25,998 nucleotides of DNA from the IMG/VR virus record IMGVR_UViG_3300050508_000500. The stretch is one strand, 5' to 3'. The first letter of the stretch is position 1; the number at the start of each line of letters is the position of its first letter. The notes below the pieces were generated by a model. It was not told the origin of the DNA and searched no databases. It saw nothing but the letters and a program-made list of their open reading frames with translations. The translations under genes and the position numbers were made by a program. The DNA is from an uncultured virus (IMG/VR IMGVR_UViG_3300050508_000500). Taxonomy: Duplodnaviria; Heunggongvirae; Uroviricota; Caudoviricetes. Positions 16,444 to 25,098 of the stretch are shown piece after piece.

Positions 16444-16450
16444 GGGGCCG

Positions 16451-16765
16451 ATGCATAGCGCCCTCGTCGCTTTCTTAACGGATACGGTCCTGGTAGCCCC
16501 CTACACGGGCCAGGACGGCTATGGCGCGCCCACGTATGGCACGCCTGTGGCGACGCCCTGCCGGGTCGAATACCGCACACAGGTCTTTACCAATGCGCAA
16601 GGGCAAGAGCGGGTCAGCCGGGCGCTGCTCTTCTTTGACGGCACGGTGGCGCTGGATATTCGCCACAAACTGACGCTCGAAGACGGCACGAGCCCGGCCA
16701 TCGAGCGGCTTGATCTGTGGAAGACGCCGCAAGGGGCGAAGGACCATTGGGAGGCAATAGTGTGA
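16451..16765 (+). CDS. Head closure / head-tail joining protein
   Basis: 'GQDGYGAPTYGTPV..CRVE', 'GQERVS', 'HWE'. Confidence 0.78.
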   Translation: MHSALVAFLTDTVLVAPYTGQDGYGAPTYGTPVATPCRVEYRTQVFTNAQGQERVSRALLFFDGTVALDIRHKLTLEDGTSPAIERLDLWKTPQGAKDHWEAIV

Positions 16766-17151
16766 TCACCATTGAGCTTGAAGGGATCGAGGCCCTGCGC
16801 CAAGCCTGGCAGCGGCTCCTGCCACAGGCGCGGGATGGGGCGGCGCGTGCCCTCATGACGGAAGCCGATCGCATTCTGGAAGAGAGTCGGTTTCTTACTC
16901 CTATTGATACCGGGTTGCTGGTGTCGAGCGGCATGACGGAAGGGCCGGTCGAGCGCGGGGCCGTCTTGGAGATGATCATTCGGTCGGGAGGCCATGGGCT
17001 CGCGCCCTATGCGATCCGTATTCATGAAGATACCACGCTCAACCATCCCAACGGCGGACAGGCGCATTATCTCTCATCGCCGTTTTTCGCCGCGACCGGC
17101 GGCATGGCCGAACGCTTTGGCGCCATCATTGGCCCGGCCCTGCGAGGGTGA
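16762..17151 (+). CDS. HK97 gp10-like tail completion protein
   Basis: 'IELEGIEAL', 'TPIDTGLL..SG', 'APYAIRIHE', 'GQAHYL'. Confidence 0.8.
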   Translation: MITIELEGIEALRQAWQRLLPQARDGAARALMTEADRILEESRFLTPIDTGLLVSSGMTEGPVERGAVLEMIIRSGGHGLAPYAIRIHEDTTLNHPNGGQAHYLSSPFFAATGGMAERFGAIIGPALRG

Positions 17152-17417
17152 GCATGCCCCAGTTTATGCGCCACGACGGCTATGGCAACCCGCTCCCTGA
17201 GCTGGCCGACGCCCGTAAAGCTGTGCTGTATGAGCGACCCTTTAATGTCCAGCAACGGCGGACCATCCTCCAGTTACTCGAGGAACAATGGCGCGAGCTG
17301 CTGCGCAAGGGCATGCACGGCGACGTGACGCTCACCTTTTACGTGCGGGACGGGCTCATTCAGCCCGACGTGGCGCTGACCGAAACGCATGTCTACCGCA
17401 GTGTGAAGGATGAGTAG
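17148..17417 (+). CDS. Hypothetical protein (YezD/DUF2292-like pattern)
   Basis: 'HGDVTLTFYVRDGLIQ'; GTGA coupling. Confidence 0.6.
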   Translation: MSMPQFMRHDGYGNPLPELADARKAVLYERPFNVQQRRTILQLLEEQWRELLRKGMHGDVTLTFYVRDGLIQPDVALTETHVYRSVKDE

Positions 17418-17420
17418 CGT

Positions 17421-17828
17421 ATGCTGCTGGACGAGTTAGGCGCATATCTCCAGAGTCAAGGCGTGGGCGCCGTGGGGAATACGCTGTTTAAGGGGGGGTT
17501 CCCACTCGATACGATCGAGAACACGGCGCCCATTCTGGCCTTGATCGAAGTGCCGGGGTTGCCGCCCATGCGCAGCCATGACGTGCCGGTGGCGCGCTAC
17601 GAGCAGCCCGTGGTGCAAGTCGCCACGCGTGGGGCACCCTACGGCTATCCGGCGGCACGGGCGGCAGCACAGGCGGCCTGGGACGTGCTCGACGGCGTGC
17701 AGAATGCGTCGCTCAGTGGCACGTTTTATCTCTGGCTCCAGGCGCTCCAGAGTCCCTACTGGCTGCGCACCGATGATTTTCAGCGGCCCGTGCTGCTCTT
17801 TAACGTGCGCTGTGCACGGGCGTTGTAA
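17421..17828 (+). CDS. Tail terminator / minor capsid-family protein
   Basis: 'YL...GVG..G.TLF.G', 'PVVQV..RG', 'ALQSP..L..DD..RP...FN'. Confidence 0.8.
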   Translation: MLLDELGAYLQSQGVGAVGNTLFKGGFPLDTIENTAPILALIEVPGLPPMRSHDVPVARYEQPVVQVATRGAPYGYPAARAAAQAAWDVLDGVQNASLSGTFYLWLQALQSPYWLRTDDFQRPVLLFNVRCARAL

Positions 17829-17839
17829 AGGACAAAGCG

Positions 17840-18679
17840 ATGGGGTCCTTATCAGACTATGCCGAAAATGCCTTATTGAACCATATATTTAATACTGCTT
17901 ATACTAGTGTTGCGACCGTGTATGTGGCGCTCTCGACCGGCACGCTGACCGACACGTCCACGGGTGCGAGCATGAGCGAAGTCACCAATGCCAACGGGTA
18001 TGCGCGCACGGCCGTGACCTTTGGCGCCGCCGCCACCCGCCGCGTCATTCAGAGCGGCGCCGTGACCTTTCCGCAGGCCTCGGGCGCCTGGGGCACCGTG
18101 ACGGACTGGGCCATTGTCGATACCAACACGCATGGCGCGGGCAATGTCCTGGCGTATGGCTCGTTTACGGCCTCCTTTGCGCCGGTCACGGGGAATACGC
18201 CCACGATTCCCAGCGGTGAACTCCAGGTCCAATTCAACGCCTCATCAGGCGCGGGCTTTGTCGATGTCTGTGTGCACCTGCTCCTGAATCGCATGTTTCG
18301 TAACCAGGCGTATACGAAGCCGGCCACGTACATCGGCCTAGCGACGGCGACGATTGCCGATACTGCGGCGACCGAGGCGAACGTGACGGAGGTGAGCACC
18401 GCGGCCACCGGGTACAGCCGCAAACTTGTCAATATCAACGGCGGGGCGGCGCCGACCTGGACCAACGCCAGCGGCGGCGCGCTCGATAATGTCGCCGCCA
18501 TCACGTTTACGACGCCGACGGCGACGTGGGGCACCATTACGAGCTGCTTTATTATCGATAGCGCGAGTGGAGCCGGGAATATTATTGGGTATGATAATGC
18601 CTCGATTGTCGATCAAACTGTAAACGCATCTGACACAGTTCAGTTTGATATAGGGGCTTTTGACGTGTCAATGACGTAG
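17840..18679 (+). CDS. Tail-associated structural protein with tandem duplicated domain
   Basis: Two copies of 'LLN..F...YT...YVAL.T....EV...GY.R...ITF......WGT.T...I.D...GAGN'. Confidence 0.75.
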   Translation: MGSLSDYAENALLNHIFNTAYTSVATVYVALSTGTLTDTSTGASMSEVTNANGYARTAVTFGAAATRRVIQSGAVTFPQASGAWGTVTDWAIVDTNTHGAGNVLAYGSFTASFAPVTGNTPTIPSGELQVQFNASSGAGFVDVCVHLLLNRMFRNQAYTKPATYIGLATATIADTAATEANVTEVSTAATGYSRKLVNINGGAAPTWTNASGGALDNVAAITFTTPTATWGTITSCFIIDSASGAGNIIGYDNASIVDQTVNASDTVQFDIGAFDVSMT

Positions 18680-18839
18680 GACCCTCGGGCTGTGGTTGTC
18701 GCTGCGGTCGTCCTGGTCGCACCGTTGGAGGGCTTGCGCGGACGTCATCGTATCCGGGGGCCCCGCGAGGACGCGCCTGGCTCCCACTCTGGCGCGAGGG
18801 CGGGCGTAGTGTAGCACACGCCGCCATGAGAAGGATAGA

Positions 18840-19358
18840 TTGGTGCCACTGACCACCCAGCAGTTGACGCTCCTCAAAGCCGACATTGCCGCGCATCCGG
18901 TGTATGGATCCCTGGCGCACACGGGCGAAAACGCCTATACGATTGCGGCTGGCTATAACCAGGTGGCATCGCCCGATTTCTGGGTCTGGCGCACGGCACT
19001 GGCGGAACAAGAGGTGTACGAAGCGACCTCCCCTGACGATACCCTGTGGAACTGGGCCACCTACAAGGCGCAAACGGTGCAAGACCGGGATGCCTGGGCG
19101 CGCATGTTTAATCCAGGGGTCGTCAATCCGTCGCTGGCGCAAACCCGTGCCGGCTGGCAGGCCATTTTTGGCGGGCAGGGCGCCTCGCAGACCCAGGTCA
19201 ATTTTCTTCTCGCCCTGGGCCGCGAGAAAGCCTCGCAGGCCGAAAAGCTCCTCATCGTCCCCAGCAGTGGTACGGGCACCACGGCCAGTCCTGCCGTCAT
19301 GGGCTTTCAGGGCAACCTCACCGGGAGTGATGTGGAACAAGCCTGGGCCATTCCCTAG
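18840..19358 (+). CDS. Hypothetical tail-region protein
   Basis: 172 aa ORF with phage-like codon usage; start TTG 18840 or GTG 18843. Confidence 0.7.
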   Translation: MVPLTTQQLTLLKADIAAHPVYGSLAHTGENAYTIAAGYNQVASPDFWVWRTALAEQEVYEATSPDDTLWNWATYKAQTVQDRDAWARMFNPGVVNPSLAQTRAGWQAIFGGQGASQTQVNFLLALGREKASQAEKLLIVPSSGTGTTASPAVMGFQGNLTGSDVEQAWAIP

Positions 19359-19369
19359 AGGAGACCGTC

Positions 19370-20119
19370 ATGACGCCTAGTGCCCCAGACGCCCGCGTGC
19401 GGCTCGACCTCGATGCGTACTGCTGGACCTGCCAGCACCGGCATCGTCTCGGGCGTACGCTCCAGGACTTTACGGCGGAACTCTGGGAGTGGGAGGTCAA
19501 GCACCGGGGGCACGACTTTGAATTTCTTTCCCCTGCTCGGCGCCTACCACCACACTTCGATGACCGGCCCTACCAGCAGACCGGCGAGGCCCCCTGGTGG
19601 TTGGCCTTGAAAGAGAACGCCAACGTCAAAATTGCCTACGCGGCCTCGACCCCGCTGACGATTACGCTCGCCTCGCTCGCTACCTCCGCCACCTTTCTGA
19701 TCGGACGGGAATCGGCGGCCATCGTCAATACCTCGGATCTCTATATTGACGGGCGTATCACTGTGGCCATTACTACCGGCACCTCCGCCCCGACGGTGGA
19801 TACCGAAATCCGCGTCTATGGCGTGCAGGCCCTGGACGATACCCCGACCTGGCCCGACACCATGACGGGCAGCGATGCCGGGTGCACCGTCACCAATGCC
19901 TACATCCTCGATAGTGCCTTCATCCTCCTCGGGGTCACTGCCGTGAGCGCGTCCACGGCCGTGGACTATCCCATCCGGACTTTGACCCTCGCGGAAGCCT
20001 TTGGCTTTGTCCCCAAACGCTTCAGTGTTTTCGTGTCGCATAATACCGGCCAGAACCTGCACGCCACTGGCTCGCTGCATAGTCTCGCCTATATCGGGGC
20101 CTATCTGACCGCCATCTGA
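19370..20119 (+). CDS. Tail-region protein with N-terminal Cys/His domain and beta-rich C-domain
   Basis: CWTC..H motif, then 'TITLASLATS' domain; GAGGAG RBS. Confidence 0.7.
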   Translation: MTPSAPDARVRLDLDAYCWTCQHRHRLGRTLQDFTAELWEWEVKHRGHDFEFLSPARRLPPHFDDRPYQQTGEAPWWLALKENANVKIAYAASTPLTITLASLATSATFLIGRESAAIVNTSDLYIDGRITVAITTGTSAPTVDTEIRVYGVQALDDTPTWPDTMTGSDAGCTVTNAYILDSAFILLGVTAVSASTAVDYPIRTLTLAEAFGFVPKRFSVFVSHNTGQNLHATGSLHSLAYIGAYLTAI

Positions 20120-20138
20120 GTCCGAAGGGGGCCGTGCC

Positions 20139-23100
20139 ATGCCGCTGCATCTGCTGGGTCCCCGCAGCCTGGACTATGGCCAGCCCATCGCCTGGGAGGC
20201 ACCGCTGAACCGTGGGCTCACGGCCTGGTGGTTGCTCCTCCCCAAGCGCGTGGGGGGCCGGCGCCTGGTCGATCTGGCGAAGCGTCTTCCGGCCACTTTG
20301 ACGGGCATGAGTGCCTCGACCGCCACGAGCGGGTGGGGTGCCTCGACACGTCCGGGCGGGTGGGCCGCGCTGCGCTTTGATGGGACGGACGATCACCTGG
20401 CCGTCCCCGGAACGCTGGCCACCTACATTACCCCCACGGCCGCCACGGTCAGTCTCTGGGTCTTGCCGCTGGGAACGGCGCCCTCCATTAGCTCTGTCTA
20501 TTTTGGGCAAGGCATTGTCGCCGAGAATGCCGGGTATTTTGGCCTCTACCGCACCAGTCTGACCGGGGACGACCGCCTGTGGGCGTTTAACTGGACGGGC
20601 TCAGATACCCACATTGGCGTGCCCTATACGGTCGGGGCCTGGACCTATCTCACCCTGACGCATGACAGTAGCACGCTGAGTATCTATAAGAATGGCGTCC
20701 TGGGGGGGAGCATCGCCAGTACCGCGACCGGCTCCGTGAGCGGGACCGTGTGGCTCGGGCGTGGCTATAACAATATTTATCTGCCAGGGCAACTCGACGA
20801 TTGCCGCCTCTACAATCGGGCCTTGAGTGCGAGTGAGGTGCGGCGCCTCTACCGCGACTCCTGCCTCCGCTATCCGCAGGAGTTGCGCTGGCGCGCGCCG
20901 CTGCATGTCGTCCCTGTCGGGATATCCGTCCCCGTCGATCCTGACGCCATCGCTACCGGGATTACGGTCCTCTGGAGCGGCAGCGTCGCCAGTATTCCTG
21001 CCGGGTGGACACGCGCCACCGCCCTTGATGGCCGCTATCCACGGGGCGCCGCGGCGAGTGCCAATGGGGGTGCCACGGGCGGGAGCGCCACGCATACGCA
21101 TCCCACGACGACCCATGACCACACCACGGCGCATACCCATACGACGCCCAATACGACGGGGACGGGAGGGACACCCTCAACGCGCGATACGGGCACCACG
21201 AACCCGCCTATGGTGCATACGCACGGCTCGAATCCCGCCGCGCCCAACCCCGTGACGACGCTCACGACCGAGGCGCCCAGTACGGATACGGTGAACCATG
21301 AGCCGGCGTATGTCGAAACCCTCTTTCTCATGTCCCAGGGTGTGACTCATGGCTTTCCGGCCTCCACCATTGGCCTGTGGGCGGATAGTGCCGGAGCGCC
21401 CGCTAACTGGTCCCTGTGTGATGGCGCCGGGGGACGACCGGACTACCGGGGAACGTTTCTCAAAGGGGCACCGGCGGCCGGGGCACCGGGCGGGACGGGC
21501 GGCGGCGCCACGACCCATGCGCATACCATTGCCAGTCACAGTCACGGCGGCACGTATAGCCATACGCATCCCGGCGTGACCAGTAGTCAGCGCACGGAAG
21601 CCCTCACTACCGGCAGCATCGGCGGGGCCACGGCCAATGTGGCGACGGCCACGCACACACACGCCCTTACCTTCAGTACGCCTGCGCCAGTCGTGACGGC
21701 GCAAACGGATAGTACCACCAGCGCCAGTATCCCGGAGCCGCCGTACTGGCTCCTCGCCTATCTCCAAAACGTCAGTGGCGCGCTGCAAAAGACCAGCGGC
21801 ATTATCGCTCTCTGGCTCGGCACAGTCGCCACGATTCCTACAGATTGGGTATTGTGTGACGGCACGAACAGCACTCCCGACCTGCGCAGCCTCTTTGTCA
21901 AAGGTGCCTCTACCGTCGCCGCCATTGGCGGTAGTGGCGGCTCGACCGCGAGCCATGGACACACGGCGACGGGGCATACGCACGCGATTGCCGCGCATGT
22001 GCATACGGTGACGGGTGGGGTGGGTGCCTCGGAAGCGCGGACCGTTGGCGCCACCAACGCGCCGCCTGATACGCATACCCATACCTGGCCCAATACAGGT
22101 TCGACCGCTCCCACCTCGGGCGCCACCACGCCGACGCTGGACAGCGTGGCGGATATGCTGCCGCCCTATGTCACGGTGCTGTTTCTCCAGTATCAGCCGC
22201 CGGCGCCCCCCGGCGCCCATTTTGCCGCGAACCTGGTGGGGACGAGTACGACCCCGACAAGTGCCCGGACCGTGACGCGGCGCCTCAGTGCGGCGGCGCT
22301 CGGCAGTAGTACCACCCCTGCAGCGACGGCCACGCTGCTGACTACGCGGCGGCTCACGGCGGCGCTGGCTGGAACCAGTACCACGCCCGTCAGTGCGCGC
22401 ACGCTGACGCGGCGCCTGACCGGCCAACTCGCCGGGGCCAGCACCACCCCCGTTGCCGCCCGGACGCTCACGCGACGCCTGACGACGACGCTCGCCGGGG
22501 CGAGTACCACCCCCGCCGCTGCCCGGCCCACCACGGTCCGGCGCCTCACGGGTGTCCTTCCTGGCAGTAGCGCCACACCTACCAGTGCGCAGACGAGCGT
22601 ACGCCGTCTCCAGGCCGCGCTGCCTGCGGCCAGTACGACGCCCAGTGCCACGGCTCTTGTGCTCACCCTGCGGCGTCTGACGGCGGTTCTCAGCGGCCAG
22701 AGCACGACCCCGGCGAGTGCGCGCACGGTGACACGGCGCCTCGCCGCGGGGCTTCCTGTGACCAGTACGACGTCCACGAGCGCGGTGACGGTCCTGCATC
22801 GCTTTGCGGCTGCCCTGCCCGGAGCCAGTACCACCCCACCCGCCCAAGCCTCCGTGACCGCCGTACGCTCTCTCAGCGCCGCGCTCAGTGGCACGAGTAC
22901 CACGCCCACGACAGCGCGGACGGTGATGCGACGGCTGACGACTGCAGTGCTGGGCGCTAGTACCACGTCCGCCAGCCAGACAACGTTCACGCGCCGCCTC
23001 CAGGCAACGCTCAGCGGGGCCAGTACGACTCCCGCCGCGACCGCGACCATGGGCACGCTCCGGCATCTCGTGGCACAGCTCGCGCCCAGCAGTCTCACGC

Positions 23101-24155
23101 TAGCCAGCGCCCGGACACTCGCGCGACGGCTGACGGCAGCGGTCCTGGGGGCGAGCCAGACGCCCACGGCCACCGCCAGCATGGGTGCCGTGCGCTCCCT
23201 CACGGCGACGCTGGCGGCAACGAGTACGACCCCGGCCAGTGCCCGCTCCCTGGCACGGCGCCTGAGTACGAACCTCGCTCTCGCCAGTACGACGCCTGCG
23301 GTTGCGCGCACGCTGACCAGACGCCTCAGTACAGTGCTCATTGCCGCGAGCGTCACGCCCCCCGCCACGGCGGCACAGGCCGGGGTGCGTTCCCTCACGG
23401 CGAGTCTCCTTGGGGCGAGTACGACGCCCGCCAGTGCGCGGCAGATGGGGCGTCGCCTCACGGCACAAGTTGCCCCGAGTAGTGCCACGCCTGCCACGGT
23501 GCTCCGGCAGATCCGGGCGTTGCGGGTGATCGCCGTGGGGACCAGTACCACCCCGGCCGCGATCCTGGCCAAGCGTGTGACCTTCCAGGCGGGTCTCCTC
23601 GGGACCAGTACGACGCCGGTGAGTGCCCGGCAACTGGTGCGACGGCTCCAGGCGTTCCTCAGTGGCCCGAGCCAGACGCCCCTTGCCCAGGCCGTGAGCC
23701 TCCGGCGTTTGACGGCCTTCCTCGCCGCGGCGAGTCTCACGCCGCCGACGAGTGCGGCCTACGTCCGCTTCCTCCAGGCAACGCTCGCCCTCGCCAGTCA
23801 GACGCCGCTCGCGTCCGCCTCTCTACTACGCGATCTGGCCGCAGCTTTCCTCGCCGTGAGTCTCACGCCGCTGAGTACTCAGACGAGCCTGCGGGCGCTC
23901 CTCAGTGCGCTCAGCGGGAGTAGTGCGACGCCGAATGCGCGGGCCACGATGCTCGACATGCCCCTGCTCCTCATGGGCACAGGCGCCCTGCTGCAACGGA
24001 CGGGGCAAGCGACGACCGCCACGTTGACGCGCAGCCAGACGGCAGGCACGCTCATGCGTACCAGCCCCGGTACCAGCCCAACATTGCGGCGCGGGGACGG
24101 GCAGGCCGGCACTCTCCGGCGTACCGCGTCCCCGCGCGATCCTGATTTGAGGTGA
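20139..24155 (+). CDS. Large tail fibre / receptor-binding protein: LamG-like domain, three collar/needle modules, long repeat region
   Basis: 'GQLDDCRLYNRALSASEV' (LamG); 'W.LCDG..G.PD.R..F.KGA' with many HxH motifs; ~20-aa RRL..L.G.STTP repeats. Confidence 0.8.
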   Translation: MPLHLLGPRSLDYGQPIAWEAPLNRGLTAWWLLLPKRVGGRRLVDLAKRLPATLTGMSASTATSGWGASTRPGGWAALRFDGTDDHLAVPGTLATYITPTAATVSLWVLPLGTAPSISSVYFGQGIVAENAGYFGLYRTSLTGDDRLWAFNWTGSDTHIGVPYTVGAWTYLTLTHDSSTLSIYKNGVLGGSIASTATGSVSGTVWLGRGYNNIYLPGQLDDCRLYNRALSASEVRRLYRDSCLRYPQELRWRAPLHVVPVGISVPVDPDAIATGITVLWSGSVASIPAGWTRATALDGRYPRGAAASANGGATGGSATHTHPTTTHDHTTAHTHTTPNTTGTGGTPSTRDTGTTNPPMVHTHGSNPAAPNPVTTLTTEAPSTDTVNHEPAYVETLFLMSQGVTHGFPASTIGLWADSAGAPANWSLCDGAGGRPDYRGTFLKGAPAAGAPGGTGGGATTHAHTIASHSHGGTYSHTHPGVTSSQRTEALTTGSIGGATANVATATHTHALTFSTPAPVVTAQTDSTTSASIPEPPYWLLAYLQNVSGALQKTSGIIALWLGTVATIPTDWVLCDGTNSTPDLRSLFVKGASTVAAIGGSGGSTASHGHTATGHTHAIAAHVHTVTGGVGASEARTVGATNAPPDTHTHTWPNTGSTAPTSGATTPTLDSVADMLPPYVTVLFLQYQPPAPPGAHFAANLVGTSTTPTSARTVTRRLSAAALGSSTTPAATATLLTTRRLTAALAGTSTTPVSARTLTRRLTGQLAGASTTPVAARTLTRRLTTTLAGASTTPAAARPTTVRRLTGVLPGSSATPTSAQTSVRRLQAALPAASTTPSATALVLTLRRLTAVLSGQSTTPASARTVTRRLAAGLPVTSTTSTSAVTVLHRFAAALPGASTTPPAQASVTAVRSLSAALSGTSTTPTTARTVMRRLTTAVLGASTTSASQTTFTRRLQATLSGASTTPAATATMGTLRHLVAQLAPSSLTLASARTLARRLTAAVLGASQTPTATASMGAVRSLTATLAATSTTPASARSLARRLSTNLALASTTPAVARTLTRRLSTVLIAASVTPPATAAQAGVRSLTASLLGASTTPASARQMGRRLTAQVAPSSATPATVLRQIRALRVIAVGTSTTPAAILAKRVTFQAGLLGTSTTPVSARQLVRRLQAFLSGPSQTPLAQAVSLRRLTAFLAAASLTPPTSAAYVRFLQATLALASQTPLASASLLRDLAAAFLAVSLTPLSTQTSLRALLSALSGSSATPNARATMLDMPLLLMGTGALLQRTGQATTATLTRSQTAGTLMRTSPGTSPTLRRGDGQAGTLRRTASPRDPDLR
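22220..23950 (+). repeat. Coding tandem repeat, about 60-66 nt unit, roughly 25-30 copies
   Basis: Recurring AGTAC(C/G)AC(C/G)CC core encoding STTP. Confidence 0.8.
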
Positions 24156-24158
24156 TCT

Positions 24159-24551
24159 ATGCCGACGATTCCCTTGTTGTCCACGACCTTGCTCGAAGCG
24201 ACGACTGGCCTCCTTACGTTTCTGCTCGTCGATAGTGTGGGCGAAGGCGTGCCGGTGTCCATGCTCACGACCCTGACGCTCACGTACTATGATGTGATTA
24301 GCGGCACGATCGTCAATAGCCGTAATGCCCAGAATGTCCTGAATGCCAATGATGTGAGTGTGACGACGGCTGGCTCTCCTGCCGTCACGACCATCGAATG
24401 GCAGATTCAACCTGCTGATACGGCGATGGTGGATCCCGAGTTGGCGCTGGAGTACCGCGTCGCGCAATTTCGCTGGACCTGGGATAGCGGGACGCGCCAT
24501 GACGCCTTTCAGGTCCAGTTTGCGGTGGAAAATATGGCCTTTGTTGTCTGA
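24159..24551 (+). CDS. Tail-associated beta-sandwich protein (BppU N-terminal-like)
   Basis: 'LTF.LVD..G..V', 'W..QPADT', 'FRWTW'; GAGGTG RBS. Confidence 0.6.
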   Translation: MPTIPLLSTTLLEATTGLLTFLLVDSVGEGVPVSMLTTLTLTYYDVISGTIVNSRNAQNVLNANDVSVTTAGSPAVTTIEWQIQPADTAMVDPELALEYRVAQFRWTWDSGTRHDAFQVQFAVENMAFVV

Positions 24552-24637
24552 GATGAGCACTACTAAAAAAGTCGTGTGATTTGTATGGGGGTATGCTAGG
24601 CTCACGATATCTTTTGAGAGGCAGTGCTGAGAGGGTG

Positions 24638-24730
24638 GCCTTCCCCACGTGTGTGGGGATGACCCGATACATGGCTTGACGCTGTGTCTGTACGTGTGCT
24701 GTTCCCCACGATGGTGGGGGGAGTGAATCC
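24638..24730 (+). CRISPR. Type I-E-like CRISPR mini-array, one spacer, no cas genes in window
   Basis: 29-nt repeat GCCTTCCCCACGTGTGTGGGGATGACCCG (24638-24666), 32-nt spacer (24667-24698), degenerate repeat CTGTTCCCCACGATGGTGGGG... from 24699. Confidence 0.8.
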
Positions 24731-24772
24731 TACGGTAGTCACTGGTCGCCTGGCATCCTCCAGGTAACACAT

Positions 24773-24826
24773 ACCGCCGCAGAGTTTCGAAGCAACCGGT
24801 TTGCTTCGTCGCTGTCGGCGGTTTTG
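24773..24826 (+). terminator. Long hairpin with T-tract downstream of the mini-array
   Basis: ACCGCCG..CGAAGCAA-CCGGT-TTGCTTCG..CGGCGGT-TTT. Confidence 0.6.
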
Positions 24827-24846
24827 TCGTTGCTGGAGGTCACGTC

Positions 24847-25095
24847 ATGGACGATGCCCCCTACCGCTCCGAATCCTGGTCCGGTCTCATCCAATTCCGC
24901 TGTCCCGCCTGTGGCTACGATACGCTGCTACAAGCGCGGATGGATGCCCACATTGCGCACTGTGTCCGCTTGCAGGCAGCCATCGCGGCGGGAGAACCCC
25001 CATCGCCGTTTCCGCCTCCTGAGCCCGCTCCGGACGACGAACCCGCCCCCGATGACGAGCCCGAACCGGCCCAGCCGACGCCTGCGGGGGCCTAG
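24847..25095 (+). CDS. Small zinc-finger-like protein with acidic Pro-rich tail
   Basis: CPAC...H...C; EPAPDD twice; GGAGGT RBS. Confidence 0.65.
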   Translation: MDDAPYRSESWSGLIQFRCPACGYDTLLQARMDAHIAHCVRLQAAIAAGEPPSPFPPPEPAPDDEPAPDDEPEPAQPTPAGA

Positions 25096-25098
25096 CAC

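Noticed and set aside
21177..23740. Long minus-strand ORFs (629 aa and 515 aa)
   Set aside because: Antisense shadows of the GC-rich repetitive tail-fibre gene; low-complexity products
20139..24551. Diversity-generating retroelement acting on the tail fibre
   Set aside because: No reverse transcriptase and no TR/VR pair differing at adenines seen in the window
23826..24770. 314-aa minus-strand ORF crossing the mini-array
   Set aside because: Overlaps two plus-strand genes and the repeats; 'SSPHTWG' is just translated CRISPR repeat
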